From Blastocatellia bacterium (GTDB lineage Bacteria > Acidobacteriota > Blastocatellia > UBA7656): 64,000 bases of DNA. The notes below the pieces were generated by a model. The model did not search any database. It had not been told where the DNA came from and saw nothing but the letters and a program-made list of their open reading frames with translations. Numbering within the stretch: the stretch's first letter is position 1; each line of letters begins with the position of its first letter. Where the stretch lies: NCBI GenBank assembly GCA_963765495.1, contig CAVXWP010000002.1, forward strand, positions 32,001 to 96,000. The letters are read 5' to 3'. Below, one piece after another: positions 29,441 through 39,745 of the stretch. Both the position numbers and the translations under genes were made by a program.

Positions 29441-31649
29441 TTCCGACCCTAGCGCCGCAGAAGTTCGAGAGGCAGCGCAACGGTATGTCGAGGCTGGTCG
29501 CTCTGTCTTTCCAATTGGCACGAACAAGCGGCCTGCCATTGCTGAGTGGAAGCCGTTTCAACAGCGACACGCAACGCATGAGGAATTATTCGACTGGTAT
29601 GGCAATGGGCGCAGACTAGGCATTGGTATTGTCTGCGGTGCGATCAGTGGCGGCGACGGCTACGGACTGGAAGTAGCCGACATTGAGGGTCGCGCGGCTC
29701 ATTTGTTCGCTCCATTGAGCGACGAAATTGATGAGCATTTACCGGGTCTATTCGAGAGAATGCCAGTCTTCCGTACGCCGAGTGGCGGCTTTCACCTTCC
29801 CTATCTAACTCCAAAAATTGAAGGGGGTCGTCGGCTCGCAGTACGTCAAAGAATAGGAGACGATGGGCAACCAATTCTCAACAAGCACAAGAAACCAGAA
29901 ACCGAACTGCTTATCGAGACTCGTGCAGAAGGTCATTACGTTGTCACCTACCCTAGCCCGGCCTGCTGTCATCCAGAGGGAAAATACTATCAACTGGTCG
30001 CTGGCGATTGGTGCGATCTGCCAATACTCACAGCCCAAGAGCGCGACAATTTGATTACCATTTGCGCGAGTTTCAATGAATACACCGAGTCTGTATATGC
30101 TCATATCAATAGCCATAACGAAACGAACGGATCAAGCACAAGGCCGGGGCATGACTTCAATATCCGTGCGACCTGGGAGGAAGTGTTAGAGCCACATGGC
30201 TGGCAAGTAGTCAAACGTCGAGGTCATGTTTTGCTCTGGCGCAAGCCGGGCGCTCGAAAGAATCCATACCATGCAACCACGAATTACGGCAGTAGTGACC
30301 TACTCTATGTATTTTCGACAAACACGGAATTTGAGTCAGAGCGCGGTTACAACAAATTTGCAGCCTACACGCTATTGAATCACGGCGACCTGACAAAAGA
30401 GTCATTCGAGACATCGGCGCGAGAGCTTGGCAAGATAGGTTATGGCGAACAAAGCGGCTTCAATGTATTTGTTGGCAGCGGAAAGCAAGATGACGATGGG
30501 TCACAGTCGGAAAAGCGCCGAAGGCTTATTCACGCCGATGAGCTTGACAGCCTGCCATCCATCGAATGGCTGATCGAGAACGAAATCCCTAAACATAGCC
30601 TGACGGTGCTATTTGGGCCGAGCGGCGCAGGCAAGTCATTTGTTGCACTCGATTATGCCTTGCGCGTGGCGCAATCCGCGCCAGTCGTTTACATCGCGGC
30701 TGAGGGTGTGAGCGGCTATTCGGCGCGAGTGAAGGCATGGTGTAACCATCACAAGCTGCCTGCGGGTCATCTGTATTTTTGGCCGGACACGGCTCAAATC
30801 ATGCACGCAAACGGTGTTAGTGATCTTTTGTTCGAGATCACCGAAGTTGAGCCAGTCCTGCTTGTAGTTGACACGCTTGCACGATGTATGGTCGGCGGTG
30901 ATGAAAACTCAGCAAAAGACATGGGACTGTTCATAGAAGGCTGTACGCGGATTATAAAAGCGACTGGCGCAACCGTTATGCCAGTGCATCATACTGGCAA
31001 GACTGCCGCAAGCGGGCCGCGTGGTAGTAGTGCGCTCTATGGAGCGGCCGATGTCATCATCGAACTGGCAAACGACAATGGCCGGATTCAATTGCGTTGC
31101 GAAAAGGCAAAGGATAGCGCGCTGTTTGAGACGCGCCGTCTTCGTCTGACTCAATGGAGTGATTCCTGTGTGCTCACCGAAGAAACTGGCCTCATAGTGA
31201 TAATTGAGCCACTTTCTACAAGACAACGCGAGCTTCTTGAAATCCTCGCATATCCAGCATTTAAGGATTCCGGCGCTAAGCTCAATGAACTTGTCAGTTT
31301 GTCAAAAATGCCTCAAAGCACGGCCTGTCACTCACTTGTTAGACTAAAAACAGGGGGCTACATCATTCAGCCCAACTCAAAAGGTCCATATTTTATCACA
31401 GACAAGGGTACTGCTTTTGTCACTCCAAACGACACCAAAGATATTGAAGTTGAGTTAAATAGTGAGGACAGTGGTAGTTACAGCCACCACTCCAAAGACT
31501 CCAATGACACTCCAATATCCCCAAATGAAGCAAAGGGCAACCCATCCTGCTCTTACTCCAACAACTCCAAAACCCCTTTAGGGGTTGGAGTTGATTGGAG
31601 TACAGCAGGAGCCGTTGAAGATGAGGACATGGATGAAGGCGAATTATGA
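29418..31649 (+). CDS. bifunctional primase/polymerase + AAA_25 (RepA-like) helicase
   Basis: SVFPI..KRP...WK.FQ, GIVCG..DIE, RTPSGGFH, IETR.EG.YVV..PS; Walker A GPSGAGKS, Walker B VVDT, HHTGK, RGSSAL. Confidence 0.9.
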   Translation: MGATGKANSDPSAAEVREAAQRYVEAGRSVFPIGTNKRPAIAEWKPFQQRHATHEELFDWYGNGRRLGIGIVCGAISGGDGYGLEVADIEGRAAHLFAPLSDEIDEHLPGLFERMPVFRTPSGGFHLPYLTPKIEGGRRLAVRQRIGDDGQPILNKHKKPETELLIETRAEGHYVVTYPSPACCHPEGKYYQLVAGDWCDLPILTAQERDNLITICASFNEYTESVYAHINSHNETNGSSTRPGHDFNIRATWEEVLEPHGWQVVKRRGHVLLWRKPGARKNPYHATTNYGSSDLLYVFSTNTEFESERGYNKFAAYTLLNHGDLTKESFETSARELGKIGYGEQSGFNVFVGSGKQDDDGSQSEKRRRLIHADELDSLPSIEWLIENEIPKHSLTVLFGPSGAGKSFVALDYALRVAQSAPVVYIAAEGVSGYSARVKAWCNHHKLPAGHLYFWPDTAQIMHANGVSDLLFEITEVEPVLLVVDTLARCMVGGDENSAKDMGLFIEGCTRIIKATGATVMPVHHTGKTAASGPRGSSALYGAADVIIELANDNGRIQLRCEKAKDSALFETRRLRLTQWSDSCVLTEETGLIVIIEPLSTRQRELLEILAYPAFKDSGAKLNELVSLSKMPQSTACHSLVRLKTGGYIIQPNSKGPYFITDKGTAFVTPNDTKDIEVELNSEDSGSYSHHSKDSNDTPISPNEAKGNPSCSYSNNSKTPLGVGVDWSTAGAVEDEDMDEGEL

Positions 31650-31957
31650 CGGCGAGAGATTGCATAGAGCGGCTTACGGCAAAGAGGGTGAGGCTGTGGC
31701 TTGATGGCGACAGACTGCGCTACAACGCGCCGCGTGACGCACTCACGCGCGATTTGCGCGCAGCAATCGCGGCGAATCGGGCAGAGATAATTCACCTTCT
31801 GCGGGATGAGCCGCCCGGTATTGTGATTCCTGAGCCAGCAGAGTGGTTCAACGCCATCGAGCGATGCTTTAACGGGAACTGTAACACCATGTTGGCATTC
31901 AAGGCAGGGCGCGGCATCTGTAATCACTGCGGCGTATATCAGCGAATTGTGGAGTAA
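31646..31957 (+). CDS. TubC N-terminal docking-like domain + Zn ribbon
   Basis: L...GV.L.LDGDRLRY.AP...LT..LR..I..NR.EII.LL; CxxxxC/CNHC. Confidence 0.6.
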   Translation: MTARDCIERLTAKRVRLWLDGDRLRYNAPRDALTRDLRAAIAANRAEIIHLLRDEPPGIVIPEPAEWFNAIERCFNGNCNTMLAFKAGRGICNHCGVYQRIVE

Positions 31958-31964
31958 AGAGTAT

Positions 31965-32168
31965 ATGAGCGCACAACTGATTAAACCGAAACTATGGACA
32001 CCTGAGATGCTGGCCGAACATCTTGGAGTCAGCAGGAAGTGGATTTATCACCGCACTCAATCCAACGGGCCTGAGCGCATTCCCCATCTCAAAATGGGGA
32101 AATTGCTGCGCTTCGATCCCGATTCTGAGGACTTCAAACAGTGGCTTCAATCCCACAGGCAAAATTGA
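31965..32168 (+). CDS. excisionase-like HTH protein
   Basis: LWTPEMLAEHLGVSRKWIY..IPHLKMGKLLRF; directly upstream of the integrase. Confidence 0.85.
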   Translation: MSAQLIKPKLWTPEMLAEHLGVSRKWIYHRTQSNGPERIPHLKMGKLLRFDPDSEDFKQWLQSHRQN

Positions 32169-32242
32169 CAATGATGCTAAATGGCCATAAAATATTACCC
32201 AACGACAGCAAAGCACGGGCTATCGGAAAGGAGAAACTTTCG

Positions 32243-33388
32243 ATGGCTCGTACCAGTTATCAAAGGGGTTTCATACAAGAGAAAAACGGGCGCTATACTC
32301 TCAGGTATCGTATCCGTGATTCTCAAAAAGGATGGCGGGAGAAAAGAGAAACACTGCCGCTAGGCACGTCTCACAAGGACGCGCTACAGTTGCTTGACAA
32401 ACGAATAAAGGCCGCGAATTCGCTGAACAACGACGCGCTACGGGTCGCTTCTCTCATATTCGCTGATTTCACGCGAGGTATATGGGCAGATTACCTGCAA
32501 CGTCGCAAAATAAAAGCTTCAACTGTCTACAGCTACAACTCAATGTTGAAGAATCACATTCTGCCGAGATGGGGAACGCTCGCGCTGCCGAACATCAAGG
32601 TTGAACACGTCACGAAGTTCTTTAATGAGCTAGAAGAGGACTATTCAACCAAGTATATCTTGAACGTCTATGCGCTGTTGAATGTCATGTTTGAAGTGGC
32701 GAAAGATCACGATCTAATAGCAGAGATACCTTTGCGGGCAAAGATTCATAGACCGCAGAATACTCCAAAGAAGAAAGTGGCACTGACGCCGGAACAGCTA
32801 AGGCAGATACTTGATGAAGTCGGAGAGGATTACAGACCGTTGTTTCTGACGGGAATGATTACGGGCGCAAGACTAGGAGAAGTGCGAGGACTGCGCTGGC
32901 AAGACCTGGACGCAAAGGAAAGCAATCTGTGCATCCAGCGGGCCGTGTGGCGGCAAGTTCTCCAAACTCCTAAGACAGAGGCCAGTATCAGGACGTTACA
33001 TATTCCGCGTGAACTGGTAGACGTTCTTATTGCCCATAGAGAACAATCAAAATGGGCTGGCGAGGATGACTTCATGTTTGCGCGGATAGATGGAACGCCT
33101 TATGACGCTGACCACCTGCGTCGAGTGGTCCTCTATCCGGCAATGGATCGCTGCAAAATATCGCGTGAGAAGTGGAAGCATGGTTTTCATGTCTTCCGGC
33201 ACACTGCGGGAAGCATCGTACACGCGCAGACCGGAGATTTGAAACTAGCGCAAGAGTTGCTTGGCCATAGCCGCATTTCGACAACATCGGATATTTACAT
33301 TCACATGCCGGATAATGTCGCGGGAAAGGCAACCGAGATACTTGCGCGAGAGATTACAGGAGCGTTGGGAAGTGAAAAGGTGCAATAA
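32243..33388 (+). CDS. int: phage-type tyrosine integrase
   Basis: TGARLGE..LRW.D, PKT, HVFRH and LGHS..TT..IY catalytic motifs; SAM-like N-terminal domain. Confidence 0.95.
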   Translation: MARTSYQRGFIQEKNGRYTLRYRIRDSQKGWREKRETLPLGTSHKDALQLLDKRIKAANSLNNDALRVASLIFADFTRGIWADYLQRRKIKASTVYSYNSMLKNHILPRWGTLALPNIKVEHVTKFFNELEEDYSTKYILNVYALLNVMFEVAKDHDLIAEIPLRAKIHRPQNTPKKKVALTPEQLRQILDEVGEDYRPLFLTGMITGARLGEVRGLRWQDLDAKESNLCIQRAVWRQVLQTPKTEASIRTLHIPRELVDVLIAHREQSKWAGEDDFMFARIDGTPYDADHLRRVVLYPAMDRCKISREKWKHGFHVFRHTAGSIVHAQTGDLKLAQELLGHSRISTTSDIYIHMPDNVAGKATEILAREITGALGSEKVQ

Positions 33389-33437
33389 AACAGGAAAGGG
33401 AACGCCGTTTTTGCGTCCCCTTATTGCGTCCTGTTTC
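33388..33437. terminator. hairpin between int and the tRNA fragment
   Basis: AAACAGGA..GGGAACGC/GCGTCCCC..TCCTGTTT inverted repeat. Confidence 0.4.
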
Positions 33438-33443
33438 TGTAAG

Positions 33444-33488
33444 TGGTTGCGGGGACGGGATTTGAACCCGTGACCTTTGGGTTATGAG
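33444..33488 (-). pseudogene. 3' half of tRNA-fMet(CAT), att-site duplication
   Basis: Minus strand reads CTCATAACCCAAAGGTCACGGGTTCAAATCCCGTCCCCGCAACCA (anticodon loop, T arm, CCA); no D arm or 5' acceptor strand upstream. Confidence 0.85.
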
Positions 33489-33678
33489 TCCCATTCTCTA
33501 ACGCCAAATTGCTTAACATTTGGTGCTAACTACTAACATTTACTACGAGCCGCAGCCACGGACGAGCCATTCGAGTGACACCTGATGACGTGTAGTCTCA
33601 AACTTTCCGGTCACATAGCGGTCACAAGCCTACTCGAGAAACTCCACAACGAAGGTCGGGCGAAATTTGCCTTATAGC

Positions 33679-35808
33679 CGGTTCACCCCCACACGCGTGG
33701 GGACCATTCAACTCGCGCTATCGTCTCGCCGAAGCACGACGGTTCACCCCCACACGCGTGGGGACCATTGGACTGCGAATTGCCTAAGCTGTGGCATCGT
33801 CGGTTCACCCCCACACGCGTGGGGACCATGGCCAGACACACTGCGCCTACTGCAGTCGCCGTACGGTTCACCCCCACACGCGTGGGGACCATTGCGCTAA
33901 TGGACTGCGCCGATCGGGCCGCCACCGGTTCACCCCCACACGCGTGGGGACCATTGCTCTAGCATTCTGATAAGACCTGACGCGCGCATCGGTTCACCCC
34001 CACACGCGTGGGGACCATGTCGTCAGACGTCGATCGATGTACTCTGGCATCGGTTCACCCCCACACGCGTGGGGACCATGCGCCGAGTCGCGATCGCTGC
34101 GCATCGGCGGTCGTGCGGTTCACCCCCACACGCGTGGGGACCATGTGCATATTCCGTTTGGCTCGATTCGAGACTGCGCGGTTCACCCCCACACGCGTGG
34201 GGACCATTCTTCCGGCAGATCATGGCCAGGTTCTGTCGTGCGGTTCACCCCCACACGCGTGGGGACCATATCACACGCGTCCGCATGGCCGTCGGCAGTG
34301 GTCGGTTCACCCCCACACGCGTGGGGACCATCACGGCGAGTCTCCAGTCAGCTTACGCAGTCGGTCGGTTCACCCCCACACGCGTGGGGACCATATGTAG
34401 CGCCGTGCACATACGCGCAGGTCGTCGGTTCACCCCCACACGCGTGGGGACCATACTGGCTCGAGTGCTCTACCGCACGGCGACGCCTGCGGTTCACCCC
34501 CACACGCGTGGGGACCATCTCGTCCGTGCAGCTTCCATGCGCTCCAGTCGGTTCACCCCCACACGCGTGGGGACCATCATCGGCATTGCGATTGACGACG
34601 CTGCGTCATGCGGTTCACCCCCACACGCGTGGGGACCATTCCGCGATTGCCTCGGTCAGCGTGCTGCGACTGTCGGTTCACCCCCACACGCGTGGGGACC
34701 ATCGCGCGATCACGCGACCAGACCGTGCCTGCAGAGCGGTTCACCCCCACACGCGTGGGGACCATGACATCGGACCTCGTCGAGACCATCGTCCTACCGG
34801 TTCACCCCCACACGCGTGGGGACCATCCTCAGAGTCCGCTCGATAGCTTGCTCGTCTGACGGTTCACCCCCACACGCGTGGGGACCATTCCTGCGACTGC
34901 GCGCTGCTCGGCCACGATGTCGGTTCACCCCCACACGCGTGGGGACCATGCGTCGCAGATCGCGGCTCGCTGCGTCAGCGTGCGGTTCACCCCCACACGC
35001 GTGGGGACCATCCGTGCATCAGCTTCGTCGACCTCGCGTCAATGCGGTTCACCCCCACACGCGTGGGGACCATCGCATGGTCGCACGATCTCGGCATAGC
35101 TCGTGCGGTTCACCCCCACACGCGTGGGGACCATTCGAGCTGCTCTGCCCGTGCAGTCACGGTCATCCGGTTCACCCCCACACGCGTGGGGACCATGCAT
35201 TCATCCGATGCGAGTCACTGGACATCGCGCGGTTCACCCCCACACGCGTGGGGACCACTATCACGGCATCCGAGCTCGCTCGTACGTGATCCGGTTCACC
35301 CCCACACGCGTGGGGACCATACCGCACTCAGCGCCGCGATGCATCGCGTACATCGGTTCACCCCCACACGCGTGGGGACCATGCGTCAGCCGTCAATCAG
35401 ACGTCTGTCGCCCTCGGTTCACCCCCACACGCGTGGGGACCATCATCGACTCGACGTATCATCTGCAGCGTCATCGCGGTTCACCCCCACACGCGTGGGG
35501 ACCATTGTATCCTCGAGGTGGATCAGTCCGGCTAGTCGGTTCACCCCCACACGCGTGGGGACCATGCTCACGCTATCGGCTGGCGATTAATCCAGACGGT
35601 TCACCCCCACACGCGTGGGGACCATGTTCCGTTGAACGCGATACCGATCAATGCCGTACGGTTCACCCCCACACGCGTGGGGACCATGCTGTATTAGCGG
35701 CTACCGATTGTGCATCGTGCGGTTCACCCCCACACGCGTGGGGACCATTACTCGAGCACTACTCGAGCCTAGTACGATCCGGTTCACCCCCACACGCGTG
35801 GGGACCAT
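33679..35808 (-). CRISPR. type I-E CRISPR array, 35 repeats / 34 spacers
   Basis: 29-nt repeat ATGGTCCCCACGCGTGTGGGGGTGAACCG (minus strand), with one variant base at 35258; spacers 30-36 nt; leader side next to cas2. Confidence 0.98.
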
Positions 35809-35850
35809 ACTGGAAAATAAAAGACTTAGGACCAAAAAGCTATTGTATGT

Positions 35851-36138
35851 CTAGGGATGGTCTGGAGGTTTGAAACGGACAAGGGCTAATCCCTCAAAAT
35901 CCTCAATTACACGAGATGCAGATCCCAAAGAGCGTATCTCAAATCCTTGTTCATTCGCCGTGCCGTGGACTATAACCCCTGCGCCTCCACGTAACTTTTC
36001 GCAAACCATCTTCCACAGCATGTCTCTCACCATCGCCGAAACATTACCAACGAATACACCTGCTTGTAGCTCAAGCATCCACCTTGTGAGTTCTCCTCGA
36101 ACACTTGTAGGCACTCGCTCCAAAATAATAACAATCAC
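35851..36138 (-). CDS. cas2: type I-E Cas2
   Basis: ILERVP..VRGELTRWMLE..AGVFVG..SAMVRD.LW..NEQGF..DFEGL.LV. Confidence 0.95.
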   Translation of the reverse strand: MIVIILERVPTSVRGELTRWMLELQAGVFVGNVSAMVRDMLWKMVCEKLRGGAGVIVHGTANEQGFEIRSLGSASRVIEDFEGLALVRFKPPDHP

Positions 36139-36140
36139 CT

Positions 36141-37088
36141 CTACTCTCCTTCCGCACGATCATCGGCCCAGTTTAACCCTCCCTGAGCCTCGCCTTCCTC
36201 AGGATCCCACAAGCCCCCTGGCGCTTCTTCTGCCGTGTCGTAATCCTGCTTTGCATCTGCGATTATTGAACTTTCTCCAAGGGCTGTCTCAATATCCGGG
36301 ACAATTCGTTGTAATAGCCGTTCACTGTAAAATAGATCCCGACAATATCTGCGGACCCTACTTTCCAATTTCGCTTCGTCCTCAGCTACTGCTTTGAAGG
36401 CTATGGGAACAGTGAGTGCAGTTTTGTAAAGGTCCGCAATATCGTAAACGAATGAGAGCATTTTCCCTGTGTGGATAAATCCCAAAGCAGGAGAGTATCC
36501 TGCCGAAACAATAGCTGCGTGACAAATACCATATAGGCAACTATGTGCAGCAGACAGTGCACGGTTAATCGGATTAGCGCTATCCCAACGGTCCCTCTTA
36601 TAAGAACGCCCCGTCCACTCAACCCCTGTTTCGCGACTCGCTTTTGCATAACCCTCTCGAACGCGGATGCCTTCTCTACCACGGATCTGTTGGAGCGTGA
36701 GAGTTTCATCAAGTGTTTCCGGGAACCGCATTTCATATAATCTCCGTACAACCTTCAGACGCAGTACCGGGTCTGAGCAGAGCCTGGCTTGATGCAGAAG
36801 GTTGCGGGATGAGCGCGTCTCTCCCATGCCCTGAGCGTAAAACCTCACTCCTTCTTCGCCAGTCCACAACACCAGGCAACCACTATCTGATAATGTTCTA
36901 ACCGCAGCGTGCGTGATGCTCGTGCCTGGCCCGACCATCAATGTTGTCAGCGATGCACACGGTACTGCTACCTTGCCGTTTAAATCATGTACTGCGATGG
37001 CCTTCATTTCTTGGTCTATTCGGCAATGCTCTACATAAAGGTAGCTCCAACTATCACGAACTTTCGGCAGCATATGAAGATCTTTCAT
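36141..37088 (-). CDS. cas1: type I-E Cas1
   Basis: GPGTSITHAA, GEEGVRFYA, RGREG.RVR, LGFIHTG..SFVYDIADLYK. Confidence 0.97.
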   Translation of the reverse strand: MKDLHMLPKVRDSWSYLYVEHCRIDQEMKAIAVHDLNGKVAVPCASLTTLMVGPGTSITHAAVRTLSDSGCLVLWTGEEGVRFYAQGMGETRSSRNLLHQARLCSDPVLRLKVVRRLYEMRFPETLDETLTLQQIRGREGIRVREGYAKASRETGVEWTGRSYKRDRWDSANPINRALSAAHSCLYGICHAAIVSAGYSPALGFIHTGKMLSFVYDIADLYKTALTVPIAFKAVAEDEAKLESRVRRYCRDLFYSERLLQRIVPDIETALGESSIIADAKQDYDTAEEAPGGLWDPEEGEAQGGLNWADDRAEGE

Positions 37089-37091
37089 CCG

Positions 37092-37805
37092 TTACCTCCT
37101 TATCGGTCCGAGCGATAGAAGCCCAAACCCATAGGCTTTACCAGAGCCGATCCCTCCTTCCAATGTTTCTTTGAAGGTTTTGGCATCAGTGATTTCCAGC
37201 TCTCCGTCAAATAACACAGAGCCAAAAGTCAGCCGCTGTTTCTGTTTCTCCCCAGCATTACCACGAAACCCGAGAGCCTTATTTTCAGGCTTTATACGCA
37301 CATTCGGGACATCCGCGTTGAGTTGCAGTGTAAGCACCCGAAAGCCCGATATCGCCGCCTTGCGCAGCAGCCAGGCGATCTGATCCTCCTCGCGAAAAAG
37401 CTCTACGCGCTTACCATTACGTTTCGTCCCATCGGCTAATGACTTAGTTTCAATCTTGCGCGTAGGATTCGCGCGAAGCCGGAATGTGAGCCGCATCCCC
37501 GTGATAAGCGATTCATAACTTTGGTCAATACTCTTATAGGTCGGATTATCCGAGACATCCAACAGGTAATCCGCCGGCAGTTTGTTCCAGTCGGGTTGTA
37601 TGCGCGATTGGACGAGTGCTGTCACTACTCCGGTGCGTGCATTCGTTTCGAGGCGATAGAGCAGTCCGAACTCCAAACGCGCAGCATCGGAATCCTTCTG
37701 TGGGAAAGCTGCAAGGAGCGTGCGGTGCATATTATGACAATCAGCCAGATCGCGCCGCACCGCACGACTGCGCGGATTCATGATGAGCTTTGAGAGAAAC
37801 ATCAT
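37092..37805 (-). CDS. cas6e: Cas6e (CasE/Cse3)
   Basis: FRLRANPT and GGIGSGKAYGFGLL. Confidence 0.95.
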   Translation of the reverse strand: MMFLSKLIMNPRSRAVRRDLADCHNMHRTLLAAFPQKDSDAARLEFGLLYRLETNARTGVVTALVQSRIQPDWNKLPADYLLDVSDNPTYKSIDQSYESLITGMRLTFRLRANPTRKIETKSLADGTKRNGKRVELFREEDQIAWLLRKAAISGFRVLTLQLNADVPNVRIKPENKALGFRGNAGEKQKQRLTFGSVLFDGELEITDAKTFKETLEGGIGSGKAYGFGLLSLGPIRR

Positions 37806-38500
37806 TGATCTCCTTCCGGTGTCGGGATGTAAAGGGTAGTCACATAGCGAATGGTAAAGCGCCTTGCTGAAAAGGAAACAGGAACATCCTGTCGAACTTC
37901 ACCTACCAGATCAGAACTGTCCACGATTAGGCGTAATCGTTCCGGCGAGTGAGTTTGACCGATTACTTCCCAAGGATGCGTTGACAAAGCATCACGTAAC
38001 GATTTCTCTAACAGCCCATTCGGAGTTCTTACTGGCAGGCCTGGTACAAAAGATTTTCTTCCAAGTGATAATTGCCAGCGAGGGTAGGTAATTGCCGTAT
38101 TCAGCCTTGCAAGCAGGTCATGGCTCTCAGCTTCCAGCCCGACTAGAAAATTCGCATCGCTCAGATACCAGCGTTGCGATGTGACAGTGCCACGACTCTT
38201 TCCATCGGCTTTGATGACCCCGTAATCATCACCGCGCTTGTGCGCTCCGCCAGCTGTATGAAAGTCCCGCTTGATTACCCCTTCACGATCTACCCTTACA
38301 CCCATTCGCAATGCCGAGAGCTGCGTGAGACCTGGAAACCCGTCATCAGGTTTTTCAGAGCGAGGCTTGCCAAGTGCAGCGCAGAGCAATCCGATGACAC
38401 CGCTTTTCGACGGCTCCAGCCCCGTATCCCTAATCGAAAAGCGGCTCTGTGTGCCCCACGATTGCATTGGCCCGGCCAGTCTCAAGAGTAATGTGGGCAT
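37802..38500 (-). CDS. cas5e: Cas5e (CasD)
   Basis: LLLRLAGPMQSWG..RDT..PSKSGVIGLLCAALG; LGRKS. Confidence 0.96.
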   Translation of the reverse strand: MPTLLLRLAGPMQSWGTQSRFSIRDTGLEPSKSGVIGLLCAALGKPRSEKPDDGFPGLTQLSALRMGVRVDREGVIKRDFHTAGGAHKRGDDYGVIKADGKSRGTVTSQRWYLSDANFLVGLEAESHDLLARLNTAITYPRWQLSLGRKSFVPGLPVRTPNGLLEKSLRDALSTHPWEVIGQTHSPERLRLIVDSSDLVGEVRQDVPVSFSARRFTIRYVTTLYIPTPEGDQ

Positions 38501-38506
38501 GGCAAC

Positions 38507-39691
38507 TCACGCTCCTTCCTTCGCCGCATCAAGCATCCTTCCGACCAATTCGGAAAGATTGCTGACACGCTTGCCGTTCAGATTTGCAAGATCGCGCCCG
38601 TCAAATGTGATGTAGCACTTGTCTATTATCTGGTCATCTCCGTACATCGCTGTCAGTTGCCCCCAGTGCTGATCAAGTGCGCTGATAGAATTCTCCACCA
38701 GATCTCCTTCCGAGTTCGGACGCACCGGCTTCACGAAAGCGTTCGTTAATGACCACAACCCCGATTTGCGCGCCACTGCAAGCACGAACAAAGGCGGATT
38801 CTGTGCCGCCATACTGTTTTGCTTACCCGTAGGGATTGCCGCGACCGAAGCCCGGATGAATGCCTTCAGAGTCCCGTGAGCTAGATCGAGATCGTTGTTG
38901 AGATTCTCCTGAAGCTGATTCAGATCAATATTGGAATAACGATAGAAACAGGCAGAATTATACTCGACAGTGCCAAGCATATCTGCCCCCGCCATATCAT
39001 CAGGCTTGAGGTCATCAACCGCGGTGTAGAAATCAAATTCCAGGTTAACCTTATTGGTTGAAATTGCATGGGCAACCTGACTGGCAGCATCAATATTTTT
39101 CTCAGGTAGATCGGCGAGCATACGCCCGAAAAGCGCTAGATCAGCCGCTTTTCCGCCATTCAAAAGCGCTAACATCCTGTCTCTGATTTCCTTCGGCACA
39201 GCATCTTGATCTGCTTTCTTTGATTCCTTGCTGCTCTTCTTTTTCACAGGTGGCTCGCCCTCGGCTTCCTGGGCAGCAGGTCTTGCAACCTCAATCAGTT
39301 TGTCCCAATTCTCAGCGCAAAGATCGGCGATTGCCTTGATTTCACCTTCTGCAAGAAAGAGGAGATATTGAGTTTTGCCGTCATCCTTCACCTTGAGTTT
39401 GACGCCGTTAAGCAAAGCCTCCGCCACGCGCCGCGCCTCGTCTTCGTTCTTTCCTTGCTCCTTCAGTCTGCCGGCAAGTGTTTCAACAAGACGCTTAGTT
39501 CGCTCAGCCAGGTACTCTTTACTGATGAGTTTGTCTGTTCTGAAGCTTTCGCGAATCGCGCGCTTGAGACACTGGCTGGATATGCGAGCGCGACGGAGGC
39601 CGCCGAACTCGCAGTCTTTCGGCGATCCCGTATCATCACGATTGAGATTGGCAGGTGCGAAATTCTGAATGATGTGCAGTTCAATAAACAT
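38507..39691 (-). CDS. cas7e: Cas7 (CasC/Cse4)
   Basis: ELHIIQNFAPANLNRDDTGSPK..RARISSQCLKR; ALFGRM; DFYTAVDD; PTGKQNS. Confidence 0.97.
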   Translation of the reverse strand: MFIELHIIQNFAPANLNRDDTGSPKDCEFGGLRRARISSQCLKRAIRESFRTDKLISKEYLAERTKRLVETLAGRLKEQGKNEDEARRVAEALLNGVKLKVKDDGKTQYLLFLAEGEIKAIADLCAENWDKLIEVARPAAQEAEGEPPVKKKSSKESKKADQDAVPKEIRDRMLALLNGGKAADLALFGRMLADLPEKNIDAASQVAHAISTNKVNLEFDFYTAVDDLKPDDMAGADMLGTVEYNSACFYRYSNIDLNQLQENLNNDLDLAHGTLKAFIRASVAAIPTGKQNSMAAQNPPLFVLAVARKSGLWSLTNAFVKPVRPNSEGDLVENSISALDQHWGQLTAMYGDDQIIDKCYITFDGRDLANLNGKRVSNLSELVGRMLDAAKEGA

Positions 39692-39745
39692 TGCGATTTC
39701 TCCTTTTGTAAATGTGAAATTCATTGCCGAGTCGTAAGACTCATC

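Larger units (their letters stand above)
23783..33443. mobile_element. phage-satellite/PICI-like integrative element
   Basis: Integrase + xis + primase/helicase + HTH regulator + ArdC next to a tRNA 3' fragment; no virion genes. Left boundary inferred from the broken attC. Confidence 0.75.

Noticed and set aside
32243-33388. Integrase as the integron integrase for the cassette array
   Set aside because: It has phage-type architecture with xis and a tRNA att site, shows no IntI-specific insertion, and lies at the distal end of the array.
33444-33520. Intact tRNA-Met gene
   Set aside because: The D arm and 5' acceptor strand are missing; only the 3' half is present.
33619-33647. Degenerate 36th CRISPR repeat at the trailer end
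   Set aside because: Spacing fits but identity to the repeat is low, and it overlaps a possible integrase arm repeat; not counted.
33708-35779. Spacers self-targeting the adjacent satellite or prophage
   Set aside because: No match noticed by eye; the check was not exhaustive and needs a BLASTn-short search.
33667-35873. Many overlapping ORFs with repeats such as GSPPHAWGP and RFTPTRVGT
   Set aside because: They are translations of the CRISPR repeats and GC-rich spacers.
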